64,000 bases of DNA, taken from the NCBI GenBank assembly GCA_965116305.1, contig OZ220673.1:547362-611361 (forward strand). Direction: 5' to 3'. Positions 35,657-45,231 of this stretch are shown one piece after another. The DNA comes from Dehalococcoidia bacterium (lineage in GTDB: Bacteria; Chloroflexota; Dehalococcoidia; Lucifugimonadales; Australimonadaceae). A program made the translations under genes and the position numbers. Position 1 is the stretch's first letter. Each line of letters begins with the position of its first letter. The notes beneath the pieces are model-generated. The model did not search any database. It saw nothing but the letters and a program-made list of their open reading frames with translations, and had not been told where the DNA came from.

Positions 35657-35958
35657 GCCTGCTGTTCACAGGCGTACTGGCCGGCGCCGTCCTCATCAAC
35701 ATCGGTCTGTTCTACAGGCTGGTGTTTGCCCCCACGGCGTTCGACCGCCTGCTGGCTGCAGGAGCGATCGGTACGAACGCAGTTGTACTACTCGTGCTCA
35801 CCGGGTTCGTGTTCGACCGGCCGGATATGTTTGTCGACCTTGCGCTGAGCTATGCACTGCTCAACTTCATCGGCACCGTTGCCGTGGGCAAGTACCTGGA
35901 GACGCGCCAGCACCAGTTGTGGTCGATGATCCGGAGCACGGAGGAAGAAGACGCATGA
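35653..35958 (+). CDS. mnhF: monovalent cation/H+ antiporter subunit F (MrpF/MnhF; MbhB-like)
   Basis: 101 aa, 3 TM, with ...APTAFDRLLAAGAIGT.... GTG start overlaps the mnhE stop (GTGA). Start by amino-acid counting in track ORF 35278-35958. Confidence 0.8.
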   Translation: MSLLFTGVLAGAVLINIGLFYRLVFAPTAFDRLLAAGAIGTNAVVLLVLTGFVFDRPDMFVDLALSYALLNFIGTVAVGKYLETRQHQLWSMIRSTEEEDA

Positions 35959-36266
35959 ACTTCCTTGACGTCCTGGACATCGCATTCATAGGTCTGGGGT
36001 TTGTCTTCATGGTGATCACGGTTCTGGGCATGCTGCGCCTGCCGGATTTCTTCGCCCGCGTGCATGCCGTCTCCAAATCGGAAACGCTGGGCATCACGCT
36101 GGTGCTCCTTGGGCTCATCATCCACCAGGGCGCCACCCTGGTGAGCCTCAAACTCGCGCTCATCCTGGTCTTCGTTGCGATAGCGAACCCCGTTGGAGCA
36201 CACCTGCTCACCCGGGCCGCGTTGCGTACAGGACAGATGCCCTGGCGGAAGGGGGACGGCGGATGA
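35955..36266 (+). CDS. mnhG: monovalent cation/H+ antiporter subunit G (MrpG/MnhG; MbhC-like)
   Basis: GMLRLPDFFARVHAVSKSETLG...ANPVGAHLL. ATGA overlap with mnhF. Confidence 0.85.
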   Translation: MNFLDVLDIAFIGLGFVFMVITVLGMLRLPDFFARVHAVSKSETLGITLVLLGLIIHQGATLVSLKLALILVFVAIANPVGAHLLTRAALRTGQMPWRKGDGG

Positions 36267-36508
36267 TCTGGTGGCTTGAGTTGTCGTTGTTCGGTCTGCT
36301 CGTGGTTGCTGCGCTGATCGCCCTCTCGGTCCGGGACATGATTGCGGCGGTAGCTACGCTGTCGGTGTACAGCTTCCTGGCCGCCGCGCTCCTCGCGCTG
36401 ATGGGTGCAGTCGACGTTGCCCTTACCGAAGCGGCGCTGGGCGCGGGCGTGACCGGCGTGTTGCTGATAGGGGCGGTCAGCGTCGTGGACAGGAGGACCC
36501 CGGATTGA
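36263..36508 (+). CDS. DUF4040/MbhD-like membrane protein (MrpB N-terminal-type fragment)
   Basis: 81 aa, 3 TM. Position and pattern match the MbhD-like subunit. Its start overlaps the mnhG stop. Confidence 0.7.
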   Translation: MIWWLELSLFGLLVVAALIALSVRDMIAAVATLSVYSFLAAALLALMGAVDVALTEAALGAGVTGVLLIGAVSVVDRRTPD

Positions 36509-36801
36509 AGCTGCTCATGCTGGCATTCCTCGCAGGGCTGGTTGCCCTGCTCATCTGGGCGTCGGCTGATCTGCCGGACCGCGCGGCCCCTGACGCACCT
36601 GCGAACGAGCGCCTCTCCCCGCAGTTGACGGAGTTGACGGAGTCCGAGGTCGTGATTCCGAACCTCGTCTCGGCCATCCTGGCCGACTTCCGGAGCTACG
36701 ACACGCTTGGAGAGACGTTCGTCATCTTCACCGCCGGCTTAGCCGTTCTCCTCGTGTTACAGCGCAGCCGCCGGGTCCCCGAGGAGGATGGGGATGAATG
36801 A
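36505..36801 (+). CDS. MbhE-like membrane protein (MnhB-related)
   Basis: 98 aa with NLVSAILADFRSYDTLGETFVIFTAGLAVLLVL, an MnhB-related motif. Confidence 0.7.
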   Translation: MKLLMLAFLAGLVALLIWASADLPDRAAPDAPANERLSPQLTELTESEVVIPNLVSAILADFRSYDTLGETFVIFTAGLAVLLVLQRSRRVPEEDGDE

Positions 36802-37249
36802 CCGTTATGACAGCGTGATACTCCACTTCATCGCGCGGGTGGTGATGACCCCGCTCATCATCGTGTTCGGCATCTACGTGCTGCTGCACGGCGAACTCAG
36901 CCCCGGCGGCGGCTTCCAGGCCGGAGCCATCGTCGCGGCTGCGCTTTTGCTGGTGCGTCTCGCTCTGGGCAACCGGCAGGCGGCCCTGCGGATACCGCAG
37001 GGGCTCCTCACTTGGCTGGCGTGCATCGGCCTCGGCATCTACATGTTCGGGGGTATCCTGCCGCTCATCCTCGGCGATAACTTCCTGGACTACGCCCAAA
37101 TCCCCGTGGAGTGGTACAACCAGTTCGCGGGCGAGGACCGCACCCATCGCGCGATGGGCATCCTCATCATCGAGATCGGTGTGTTCCTGGGCGTCGCATC
37201 TGTGCTGGTGCTCATCTACGACCTCATCGCGGGCAGTTCGCGCCAATGA
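36788..37249 (+). CDS. mnhB: Na+/H+ antiporter MnhB-domain subunit (MbhF-like)
   Basis: 153 aa with LHGELSPGGGFQAGAIVAAALLL, the MnhB signature. Confidence 0.85.
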   Translation: MGMNDRYDSVILHFIARVVMTPLIIVFGIYVLLHGELSPGGGFQAGAIVAAALLLVRLALGNRQAALRIPQGLLTWLACIGLGIYMFGGILPLILGDNFLDYAQIPVEWYNQFAGEDRTHRAMGILIIEIGVFLGVASVLVLIYDLIAGSSRQ

Positions 37250-37623
37250 TCGACGAGGTCGCAGCACGCTTCCCGTACTGGGCGACCGCGGTACTCCTCG
37301 TCGTTGGCCTCTACGGCATGATCGGCAAACGCAGCCTCGTGAAGCAGGTCATCGGCCTGAGCATCTTCCAGTCGGCCATCATCCTCTTCTTCATCAGCGG
37401 TTCCCTGCTGGAAGGGGCGACTCTCCCCATCCTCTACGACGTGCACGGGGGAGAGCATGCGAAACCGGAGGACTTCGTGAACCCGCTGCCTCACGTGCTC
37501 ATGCTCACCGCCATCGTCGTGGGGGTGGCGATCACCGGCGTGGCGCTCAGTTTCCTCGTCTCCATCTACCGTGAGTTCGGGACGCTCGACGAACGCGAGA
37601 TGCTGGACGAGATGAGGAAGTAG
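37246..37623 (+). CDS. mnhC: Na+/H+ antiporter subunit C (MrpC/NuoK-like; MbhG-like)
   Basis: 125 aa, 3 TM: LLVVGLYGMIGKRSLVKQVIGLSIFQSAIILFFI. ATGA overlap with the previous gene. Confidence 0.85.
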   Translation: MIDEVAARFPYWATAVLLVVGLYGMIGKRSLVKQVIGLSIFQSAIILFFISGSLLEGATLPILYDVHGGEHAKPEDFVNPLPHVLMLTAIVVGVAITGVALSFLVSIYREFGTLDEREMLDEMRK

Positions 37624-37625
37624 CC

Positions 37626-39194
37626 GTGGAGCAGCAACTCCCCGCCTTTATCGTCGGCGCGCCACTGCTGTTCTCAGTCGTTGTTCCCATCCTGGGGCGG
37701 AAGTGGCGGCAGAGCGCGTTCGTCATCGCGGTTGTGACTGTGGCGGTCTCAACCGTCGCGTCTGCGCTGTCCCTTGAGCGGGTGCTCCGCGACGGTGCGT
37801 TCCGTTACTGGCTCGGAGGTTGGGAGCCCGTCGGCATCAAGCAGGTGCCCATCGGCATCGAGTGGGTGATGGATGAAGTATCGGGGTTCGTCAGCCTCGT
37901 CGTCACGAGCGTGTCCCTGCTCGTCCTGGTCTCGACACGGCGTTGGGCCGAGCGCGAGGCGGGCGACCGCCCCGGCATCTTCTACGGCCTGGTGCTGCTG
38001 CTTCTGGCAGGACTGACCGGCATCGTCATCACAGGCGACCTCTTCAATCTGTTCGTCTTCCTGGAGATAGCGTCCCTCGCTGCTTACGCGCTCGTCTTCA
38101 TCGGCGGACGCAGGGCTATGCTTGCGGGTTTCCGCTACCTCATCATCGGCTCCATCGGCGGCGCGTTCTACCTGCTGGGCGTCGGATTCATCTACTTCGC
38201 GACCGGGACGCTGAACATGATTGAGGCGCGCCAGCTGCTGGAAGAGGCGGAGAGCACGAGGGCAGTGCAGGTGGGCGCGGTGTTCATCTTCACCGGCCTC
38301 GGCCTGAAGATGGCGCTTGTGCCGATGCATCTCTGGTTGCCGGACGCCTACGAGCATGCGCCCTCTTCCGTGAACTCGCTCATCGCCCCCGTGATGACGA
38401 AGGTTGCTGCCTACGCGATGCTCCGCATGTTCCTGAGCGTCTTCCCGGCCGGGTACCTCTCCGGCACCGTCCCCATCGCCGACGCGCTGCTCGTCCTCGG
38501 CCTCATCGGCATCGTGTTCGGCTCCGTCGCGGCGGCGGGGCAGACGGACATCCGGCGGATGCTGGCGTACAGCAGCATCAGCCAGCTTGCATTCATCGCC
38601 GTCGGCATCGGGCTGGGCACGCCGCTCGCGCTCGCCGCGGCGTTGCTGCACGTCGTCAACCACGCTGCCATGAAAGCGACGCTCTTCCTGGCGGCGGGTT
38701 CCGTGCGCCTCCGCGTCGGGTTGCAGCGCACCCACAACCTGGCGGGACTGGGCCCGCGCATGCCATTGACGATGGGCGCGTTCGCCGTTGGCTCCGTGGC
38801 GATGGTCGGCATCCCGCCCACGGCGGGTTTCTTCAGCAAGTGGTACATGGTGCAGGCGGGCGTCGATGGGGGCCAGTGGATCGTCGTGGCGGTGGTGCTG
38901 CTCAGCAGCCTGCTCACCGCCGTCTACCTGTTCAAGGTGCTCGAGCAGGTCTACCTGCGCCCCGCGAAACCCGAGCCCTCCGCTCACCACGACGATGAAC
39001 ACGATGCTCCTGCGGAGAGCGCGCAGCAGCCGGCCGAGCAACCGGCGATGCGTCCCGTAGTGGAGCGGGCGCGGGAGGCCCCTCTGGACGTCTGGCTTCC
39101 GCTGGTGCTGCTCGGCGCTGCGACTGTCGTCCTCGGCGTGTTCAACGTCGTCATCATGGAACACGTCCTGCTGCCGGGAGTGGAGGTGTCGTGA
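37626..39194 (+). CDS. mnhD: antiporter-like proton-translocating subunit (MrpD/NuoN-M family), copy 1
   Basis: 522 aa, polytopic, with LFVFLEIASLAAYALV, PMHLWLPDAYEHAPS and AYSSISQLAF. Confidence 0.88.
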   Translation: MEQQLPAFIVGAPLLFSVVVPILGRKWRQSAFVIAVVTVAVSTVASALSLERVLRDGAFRYWLGGWEPVGIKQVPIGIEWVMDEVSGFVSLVVTSVSLLVLVSTRRWAEREAGDRPGIFYGLVLLLLAGLTGIVITGDLFNLFVFLEIASLAAYALVFIGGRRAMLAGFRYLIIGSIGGAFYLLGVGFIYFATGTLNMIEARQLLEEAESTRAVQVGAVFIFTGLGLKMALVPMHLWLPDAYEHAPSSVNSLIAPVMTKVAAYAMLRMFLSVFPAGYLSGTVPIADALLVLGLIGIVFGSVAAAGQTDIRRMLAYSSISQLAFIAVGIGLGTPLALAAALLHVVNHAAMKATLFLAAGSVRLRVGLQRTHNLAGLGPRMPLTMGAFAVGSVAMVGIPPTAGFFSKWYMVQAGVDGGQWIVVAVVLLSSLLTAVYLFKVLEQVYLRPAKPEPSAHHDDEHDAPAESAQQPAEQPAMRPVVERAREAPLDVWLPLVLLGAATVVLGVFNVVIMEHVLLPGVEVS

Positions 39195-40708
39195 ACGAGA
39201 CCACCACATCCGCCTTACCGCTCGTCGCCGTCCTCGTTCCGGTGGGCGCCGCCTTGCTCGCGTCACTTACTACGGGACGCTGGCCGAACCTGCGCGACAT
39301 GTGGGCAACGATCGCTGGCATTGCCATGGTGGTCATCGCCGTGTTGATGCTTACCGACACGTTGGATGGCCGCATCCACCGGACGGTGCTCCTGGAGCTC
39401 TCGCCCGGCATCGACATCGCGCTGCGCGCTGACCCCGCGGGCATGATCTTCGGGCTGCTCGTCTCCGTCCTCTGGGTGCTGGCTGGGGTCTATGCGGTTG
39501 GCTACATGAGGGGGGAACACGAGCAGAAGCAGACGCGTTTCTTCGCTGCGTTCGCGTTGAGCATCGCTGCCGCCGCGGGTGTCGCGCTCGCGGAGAACCT
39601 GCTCACGTTCGTCCTCTTCTACGAACTGCTCTCGCTCTTCACGTACCCGCTGGTGACGCACCGGGAGACGGAGACCGCGCTGGTCGCCGGTCGGAAGTAC
39701 CTTGCGTACACGCTCTCCGGCGGCCTGATGCTCATCGGTGCGACGGCCTGGCTGCACGTATTGGGCGTTGATGCCACGTTCCAAGCGGGCGGGTTCCTCG
39801 ATGGCGCGGGGTTGGACGGCGTGGAGCAGTGGGGGCTGTTCGTGCTGCTCGCGGGGGGCGTGGGCGTGAAGGCCGCGGTGATGCCGCTGCACAGCTGGCT
39901 GCCGAGCGCGATGGTCGCACCGACGCCGGTATCGGCGCTGCTGCATGCCGTCGCCGTCGTCAAGGCGGGCGTGTTCGGCATGGTGCGGGTAGGGGTGTTC
40001 GTGTTTGGCGCGTCGCTGCTGGACGACATGGGCGCGTGGCTCGTGCTCGCCGTCATGTCCGCCGGAACCCTCCTCATCGCCTCGATACTCGCGCTGCGCC
40101 ACGACAACCTCAAGCGGCGGCTGGCCTACTCGACCATCAGCCACCTCTCCTACATCGTGCTTGGCGTCGCGCTCATCGGGCCGCTGGCACTCACCGGCGC
40201 GCTGCTCCATATCGTGGGGCATGGCGTCACCAAGATCACCCTCTTCTTCGTGGCGGGCGCCATACACGTGCGAACCCACAAGGAGAATGTGAGCGAACTG
40301 GACGGCATCGGACGTCAGATGCCTGTAACGATGGGCTCCTTCGCACTCGCGTCGCTCAGCATGGTCGGCATCCCGCCGTTCATCCTCTTCACGAGCAAGT
40401 TCTACCTTGGCTGGGGCGCGGTGGAGGTCGACCAGCAGATATTCCTCATCGTCTACCTCGTCAGCGGACTGATCGCCGCAGGCTATCTCTTCCCCATCGT
40501 CATCCGAGCGTTCCTGCGTTCGTCGCCTGACCACACGCGGTACGGCGAGGCAGACATACGCATGGTCGCGCCCATCGCGGTGACGGCTGTTCTGGCGCTG
40601 GTCTGGGGCGTCGCACCGGACCTGCCGCTCGGCTTCTTCGAACTCGCGTCGACCGTTGCTGATGCCGCCTTCCCGCAGTCTGTTGCGCTCGCCGGAGGGA
40701 CCCCATGA
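39191..40708 (+). CDS. mnhD: antiporter-like proton-translocating subunit (MrpD/NuoM family), copy 2
   Basis: 505 aa with FVLFYELLSLFTYPLV, PLHSWLPSAMVAPTPVSALLHAVAVVKAG and AYSTISHLSYI. Confidence 0.88.
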   Translation: MNETTTSALPLVAVLVPVGAALLASLTTGRWPNLRDMWATIAGIAMVVIAVLMLTDTLDGRIHRTVLLELSPGIDIALRADPAGMIFGLLVSVLWVLAGVYAVGYMRGEHEQKQTRFFAAFALSIAAAAGVALAENLLTFVLFYELLSLFTYPLVTHRETETALVAGRKYLAYTLSGGLMLIGATAWLHVLGVDATFQAGGFLDGAGLDGVEQWGLFVLLAGGVGVKAAVMPLHSWLPSAMVAPTPVSALLHAVAVVKAGVFGMVRVGVFVFGASLLDDMGAWLVLAVMSAGTLLIASILALRHDNLKRRLAYSTISHLSYIVLGVALIGPLALTGALLHIVGHGVTKITLFFVAGAIHVRTHKENVSELDGIGRQMPVTMGSFALASLSMVGIPPFILFTSKFYLGWGAVEVDQQIFLIVYLVSGLIAAGYLFPIVIRAFLRSSPDHTRYGEADIRMVAPIAVTAVLALVWGVAPDLPLGFFELASTVADAAFPQSVALAGGTP

Positions 40709-40968
40709 TCATCGACCGTCCTCTCCTGATCGCAATCGTCATCGGTGTCGCGCTCTCTGCCGTGCTCGAGCTGTTCTTCGTCGGCCATCGTGAGTTCCTC
40801 TTCGCAGGCAGCGACCTGCTCCTGTTCTGGGTGGGGTTCGGCCTCGTGGGCTGCATCGGCATCGTCGTCATCTCCAAGTGGATCGGCCACACCTTCCTGA
40901 TGAAGCACGACGACCCGTACACCGGCGAACATGTGGAGGCTGAGCCGGAGGAGGCAAGCCATGGCTAG
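40705..40968 (+). CDS. small membrane protein of the Mrp-like cluster (hypothetical)
   Basis: 87 aa, 2 predicted TM helices plus an acidic tail. Overlaps both neighbouring genes. Confidence 0.55.
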   Translation: MIIDRPLLIAIVIGVALSAVLELFFVGHREFLFAGSDLLLFWVGFGLVGCIGIVVISKWIGHTFLMKHDDPYTGEHVEAEPEEASHG

Positions 40969-42724
40969 CTTCCTTCCTGTCTTCCCTCCTGTCGTCATCA
41001 TGGTCGTCGCGGCGGTGCTCGTCGCGCTGAGCCCCGTGAGCATCATCCGCAAGGCCGTCGCGGTCGGCGCGCCACTGCTCGTCCTCGTCCAGTTGATATG
41101 GGGCCTCGACGCGGGCGACTCCTGGACGTTCACTTGGCTCTTCCTCGAACTCGAGCCGCTGCGCGCCGACGCCTTGAGCCTCGTGTTCGGGTACGTCTTC
41201 GCGCTCGCCGCCGCGCTCGGAGGGATCTACGCCTGGCACCTCGAGGACCGTTACCAGCAGGCTGCCGCTCTTGGCTACGCCGGTACGTCGATAGGAGTCG
41301 TCTTCGCCGGGGACCTGCTGACGCTGGTGCTCTTCTGGGAGCTGATGGCGCTCACGTCCGCCTACCTCGTCTGGGCGGGAGGCTATCCCGGCTCGCGCAG
41401 CGCGGGCACGCGCTACCTGTTCGTGCACATGGTCGGCGGCAGCACGCTGCTGGCTGGCGTCCTCTGGCACCTGGGGACCGGCGGTTCGCTCGAATTCTCG
41501 TTTTTCACAGAAGGCACGGTTGCCGGCTGGCTGGTCCTCGGAGGCTTCGCCATCAACGCTGCGATCGTTCCGCTGCACGCATGGCTGACCGATGCCTACC
41601 CGGAGGCCGGGGTCACCGGCAGCGTGTTCCTGAGCGCCTTCACCACCAAGACGGCGGTCTACGTCCTCGCGCGCGGCTTCCCCGGCTGGGAGATCCTCAT
41701 CTTCCTCGGCGTCATCATGGCCCTGTACGGCGTCGTCTTTGCGGTGCTGGAGAACGACATCCGTCGCCTGCTCGCGTACCACATCATCAGCCAGGTGGGG
41801 TACATGGTGGCCGCCGTGGGCATCGGCACCGAGATCGCCATCAACGGCGCCGTCTCCCACGCCTTCGCCCACGTCATCTACAAGGGCCTGCTGTTCATGG
41901 GTGCCGGCGCAGCGGTCTATGCCACCGGCCGCCGCACGCTTACTGCCCTTGGCGGCATATCCGACCGCATGCGGCTGGTCGTCGTGCTGTACATGGTTGG
42001 CGCTTTCGCCATCTCGGCGTTCCCGCTGTTCAGCGGCTTCGTGTCCAAGTCGCTGGTCATCTACGGGGCTGAGAAAGAGCACATCTACTGGGCTGTCGCC
42101 CTGCTTTACCTCGCGTCGGTGGGGACATTCCTGCACACCGGCCTCAAGCTCCCGTACTTCACCTGGTTCGGGCCGAGGCGGGACGACATCCACGTCGGCC
42201 CCGTGCCCCGCGGGATGATCGTGGCGATGGTCCTGGCCGCAGCCTTGTGCATCGGCATCGGCGTGTACCCCACCGCGCTGTACGACCAGCTGCCGTTCAC
42301 GAACACCTATGAGCCGTACTACGCCGACCACGTGGTGCGGACGCTCCAGATGCTCGGCTTCACGGCGGTGGGCTTCTGGCTGCTGCGAGGCAAGCTGGGC
42401 GGCGAGGCGACGATCACCATCGATACGGACTGGGTCTATCGGAAGGCCGGGCCGCTCGTACGCGTTCTGATACAGACGCCACTGGAAGCCGTATTCACCT
42501 TCTTCGAACGCCTCGTTGGAGCGCTTGCACGGCGCGCCAGCGTCCTCGCCGTTGCCCCGGCGACAGGCTGGGCCCGCCTGTTGTTGCTCAGCGCCTACGC
42601 ACGTGAACGCGGGCCGGACGATGCGCTCGCGTTCCTTGGACGTCCGCCTGTCGGTATCGCGCTTGCCGCCATCCTGTTGACGTTCGTTGCCGTGGTGCTC
42701 GCCGCGCAGGCGCTCGGCGGGTAG
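40961..42724 (+). CDS. antiporter-like proton-translocating subunit (MrpA/D, NuoL-M family), copy 3
   Basis: About 587 aa from ATG 40961 (GGAGGAGG upstream), with LFWELMALTSAYLV, PLHAWLTDAYPEAGVTGSVFLSAFTTKTAVY and AYHIISQVGYM. Confidence 0.88.
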   Translation: MASFLPVFPPVVIMVVAAVLVALSPVSIIRKAVAVGAPLLVLVQLIWGLDAGDSWTFTWLFLELEPLRADALSLVFGYVFALAAALGGIYAWHLEDRYQQAAALGYAGTSIGVVFAGDLLTLVLFWELMALTSAYLVWAGGYPGSRSAGTRYLFVHMVGGSTLLAGVLWHLGTGGSLEFSFFTEGTVAGWLVLGGFAINAAIVPLHAWLTDAYPEAGVTGSVFLSAFTTKTAVYVLARGFPGWEILIFLGVIMALYGVVFAVLENDIRRLLAYHIISQVGYMVAAVGIGTEIAINGAVSHAFAHVIYKGLLFMGAGAAVYATGRRTLTALGGISDRMRLVVVLYMVGAFAISAFPLFSGFVSKSLVIYGAEKEHIYWAVALLYLASVGTFLHTGLKLPYFTWFGPRRDDIHVGPVPRGMIVAMVLAAALCIGIGVYPTALYDQLPFTNTYEPYYADHVVRTLQMLGFTAVGFWLLRGKLGGEATITIDTDWVYRKAGPLVRVLIQTPLEAVFTFFERLVGALARRASVLAVAPATGWARLLLLSAYARERGPDDALAFLGRPPVGIALAAILLTFVAVVLAAQALGG

Positions 42725-42731
42725 GGTGGGA

Positions 42732-42737
42732 TAGAAT
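42732..42737 (+). promoter_or_regulatory. candidate -10 hexamer TAGAAT upstream of ychF
   Basis: Lies 56 nt upstream of the TTG start at 42793. There is no adjacent TGn. Confidence 0.25.
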
Positions 42738-42792
42738 CGAGAGCGGTCCCGCTGGTGGCGGGGCGCTATCTTCCCCTCGTGAGGTCCGCTCC

Positions 42793-43893
42793 TTGGCCAT
42801 CGGTATATTCGGCCTGCCGCTCTCCGGCAAGACCACCATCTTCAACGCCGTGACGCGCGGCCACGCCGAGACCGCGTCCTTCCGCAGCGGTGCGTCGCAA
42901 CCCAACATCGGCGTTGCCAAGGTGCCGGACCCTCGCCTCGACGTGCTCGCTGAGATCTCGAAACCGAAGCGCATCGTCCACGCGGAGGTCGAATACATCG
43001 ACATACCCGCCGCGCCGGAGGGCTTCGGCAAGACGAAGGGCATCGGCGGCGAGTATCTCAACCTCCTCCAGCGCTGCGATGCCCTGCTGCTCGTGGCGCG
43101 TGCTTTCGACGACCCCTCCGTGCCGCATGTGCAGGAGACGGTCGACCCCTACCGCGACGCCGCGACGCTGGAACTCGAACTCACCTTCTCCGACCTCGCC
43201 ATCCTTGAACGGAGGCAGGAGCGCATCGCCTCACAGCTGCGCTCGGCGCGGCAGGCGGAGCGCGACCTGCTGACGCGTGAGCAGCACGTCCTTGGTCTCA
43301 TCCGCGCCGGGCTGGAGAACGAGGTGCCCGTCCGTGAGCAGACCCTGCCTATTGAGGCGAAGCCCTTCCTGGACAACTTCCAACTGCTCACCGCCAAGCC
43401 GCTCATCGTGGTCTTCAACGTCGGCGAGGACACCATCGAGGATGCGGACACGATTGAGGGGGAGATGCGCGAACGGCTCGCGCGGCCGGGCGTGGGCGCC
43501 GCGGCGCTCTGCGGCAAACTGGAGGCCGATCTCGCGCAGATGGAACCGGAGGATGAGGCCGAGTTCCGTGAGTCGCTCGGCGCGGGCGAGCCGGGACTCG
43601 ACCGCATGATTAACCTCTCCTACGACCTGCTCGGCCTCATCTCGTTCCTGACGACCGGCGAGGACGAGACCCGTGCGTGGACGATCACGAAGGGCATGAG
43701 CGCGGTGGAAGCGGCGGGCAAGATACACTCGGACATCCAACGCGGCTTCATCCGCGCCGAGGTCGTTGCCTACGATGACCTCGCCCGCACGCGCAGTATC
43801 CCCGAGGCGCGCAAGCAGGCGCTCCTCCGCACCGAGGGCAAGACCTACACGATGCGCGACGGCGACGTCGTCAACTTCCTGTTCAACGTCTAG
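42793..43893 (+). CDS. ychF: redox-regulated ATPase YchF
   Basis: 366 aa with P-loop GLPLSGKTT, a TGS-like C-terminus and the typical ending DGDVVNFLFNV. TTG start. Confidence 0.93.
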   Translation: MAIGIFGLPLSGKTTIFNAVTRGHAETASFRSGASQPNIGVAKVPDPRLDVLAEISKPKRIVHAEVEYIDIPAAPEGFGKTKGIGGEYLNLLQRCDALLLVARAFDDPSVPHVQETVDPYRDAATLELELTFSDLAILERRQERIASQLRSARQAERDLLTREQHVLGLIRAGLENEVPVREQTLPIEAKPFLDNFQLLTAKPLIVVFNVGEDTIEDADTIEGEMRERLARPGVGAAALCGKLEADLAQMEPEDEAEFRESLGAGEPGLDRMINLSYDLLGLISFLTTGEDETRAWTITKGMSAVEAAGKIHSDIQRGFIRAEVVAYDDLARTRSIPEARKQALLRTEGKTYTMRDGDVVNFLFNV

Positions 43894-43908
43894 CAGGAGG
43901 GCAGGGCA

Positions 43909-45153
43909 GTGAGCGAGGCGGGAGCAACGCAGCACGGGCAACCGCCCCTGAGCGGCGGGCTCGCGCTCTACGTCCACATCCCCTTCTGCGAGTCCAAGTG
44001 TCCCTACTGCGACTTCAACACCTACGCGGGTATCGAGGCCCTCATGCCCCCCTACGTTGCGGCGCTCGCGCGCGAGATTGAGCAGTGGGGCACGTGGCTC
44101 GACAGGCCAACGCTTGCGAGCGTCTTCTTTGGCGGCGGCACGCCGTCCTACCTTCCGCCGGACGACCTCCAGCGCCTGATGGACGCGATCCGCGATGCGT
44201 TCCACCTCTCCGGCGACGCCGAGGCGACGGCGGAGGCGAACCCCGGTGACTGCACCCCTGAGCGGCTGCTCGCCATGCGCTGCGCCGGGTTCAACCGCAT
44301 CTCCATCGGCGTGCAGTCGTTCGACGATGCCGAACTCGCGATGCTCAGACGCCGCCACGACGCGGCGCGCGCTGCGGAGGCCGTGCGCGACGCCCGCAAC
44401 GCGGGCTTCGACAACGTGAGCATCGACCTCATGTTCGGCCTGCCCGATCAGCCCGTCTCCACGTGGGAGCGCTCCGTCGAGCAGGCGATCCGGCTGGACA
44501 CGGACCACCTCTCCGCCTACGCCCTCACGCTGGAGCCCGGCACGCCACTGGAGGCCGAAGTGCGTCTCGGCAGTACGCCGGAGCCTGACGCCGACCTCGC
44601 GGCGGAGATGTACCTCCGGGCGCAGACGTTGCTCGCCGGCGCAGGGCTACAGCAGTACGAGATATCCAACTGGGCGAGGCCGGGCAGGGAGAGCGAGCAC
44701 AACCTCGTCTACTGGCGCAGCCTGCCGTACCTGGGCGTCGGCCCCGGCGCGCACAGCTACCTCTACGGTGTCGGCGCGCTCGACGCGTTCGGCGTGCGCT
44801 TCGCCAACATCAACCCACCGCGCACGTACATCGGGCGCGCGAGCGCCTGGCAGGCTGACGGCCCCCTCGATACCTACACCATCGCTACTGCAGCAGCCAC
44901 CGGCCATTGCGAACCCGTAAGCCGTCGCGATGCGATGGCCGAGACGATGATGATGGGCTTGCGTCTCAACGACGGCGTTGCGGATGACGCGTTCCGCGAG
45001 CGCTTCGGCGAGGGCATCGCCGAAGCGTTTCCTACCGCGACTGCCGACTGCATCGACCTCGGCCTGCTGGAGTGGGCCGGCGGCGCACTCCGTCTCACCG
45101 AGGGCGGACGCCTTCTCGGCAACGAGGCGTTCTCCCGTTTCGTCGTGGGCTGA
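43909..45153 (+). CDS. hemW: radical SAM family heme chaperone HemW (HemN-like)
   Basis: 414 aa with YVHIPFCESKCPYCDF (CxxxCxxC), GGGTPS and the HemN C-terminal domain. Confidence 0.9.
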   Translation: MSEAGATQHGQPPLSGGLALYVHIPFCESKCPYCDFNTYAGIEALMPPYVAALAREIEQWGTWLDRPTLASVFFGGGTPSYLPPDDLQRLMDAIRDAFHLSGDAEATAEANPGDCTPERLLAMRCAGFNRISIGVQSFDDAELAMLRRRHDAARAAEAVRDARNAGFDNVSIDLMFGLPDQPVSTWERSVEQAIRLDTDHLSAYALTLEPGTPLEAEVRLGSTPEPDADLAAEMYLRAQTLLAGAGLQQYEISNWARPGRESEHNLVYWRSLPYLGVGPGAHSYLYGVGALDAFGVRFANINPPRTYIGRASAWQADGPLDTYTIATAAATGHCEPVSRRDAMAETMMMGLRLNDGVADDAFRERFGEGIAEAFPTATADCIDLGLLEWAGGALRLTEGGRLLGNEAFSRFVVG

Positions 45154-45231
45154 ACGTGTGGACTCGACGGTTGAGTGCAAAAGGCGCACAATCCGCCTAC
45201 GGGTGAGGAGACCACATCCAAGGAGGGCGCG

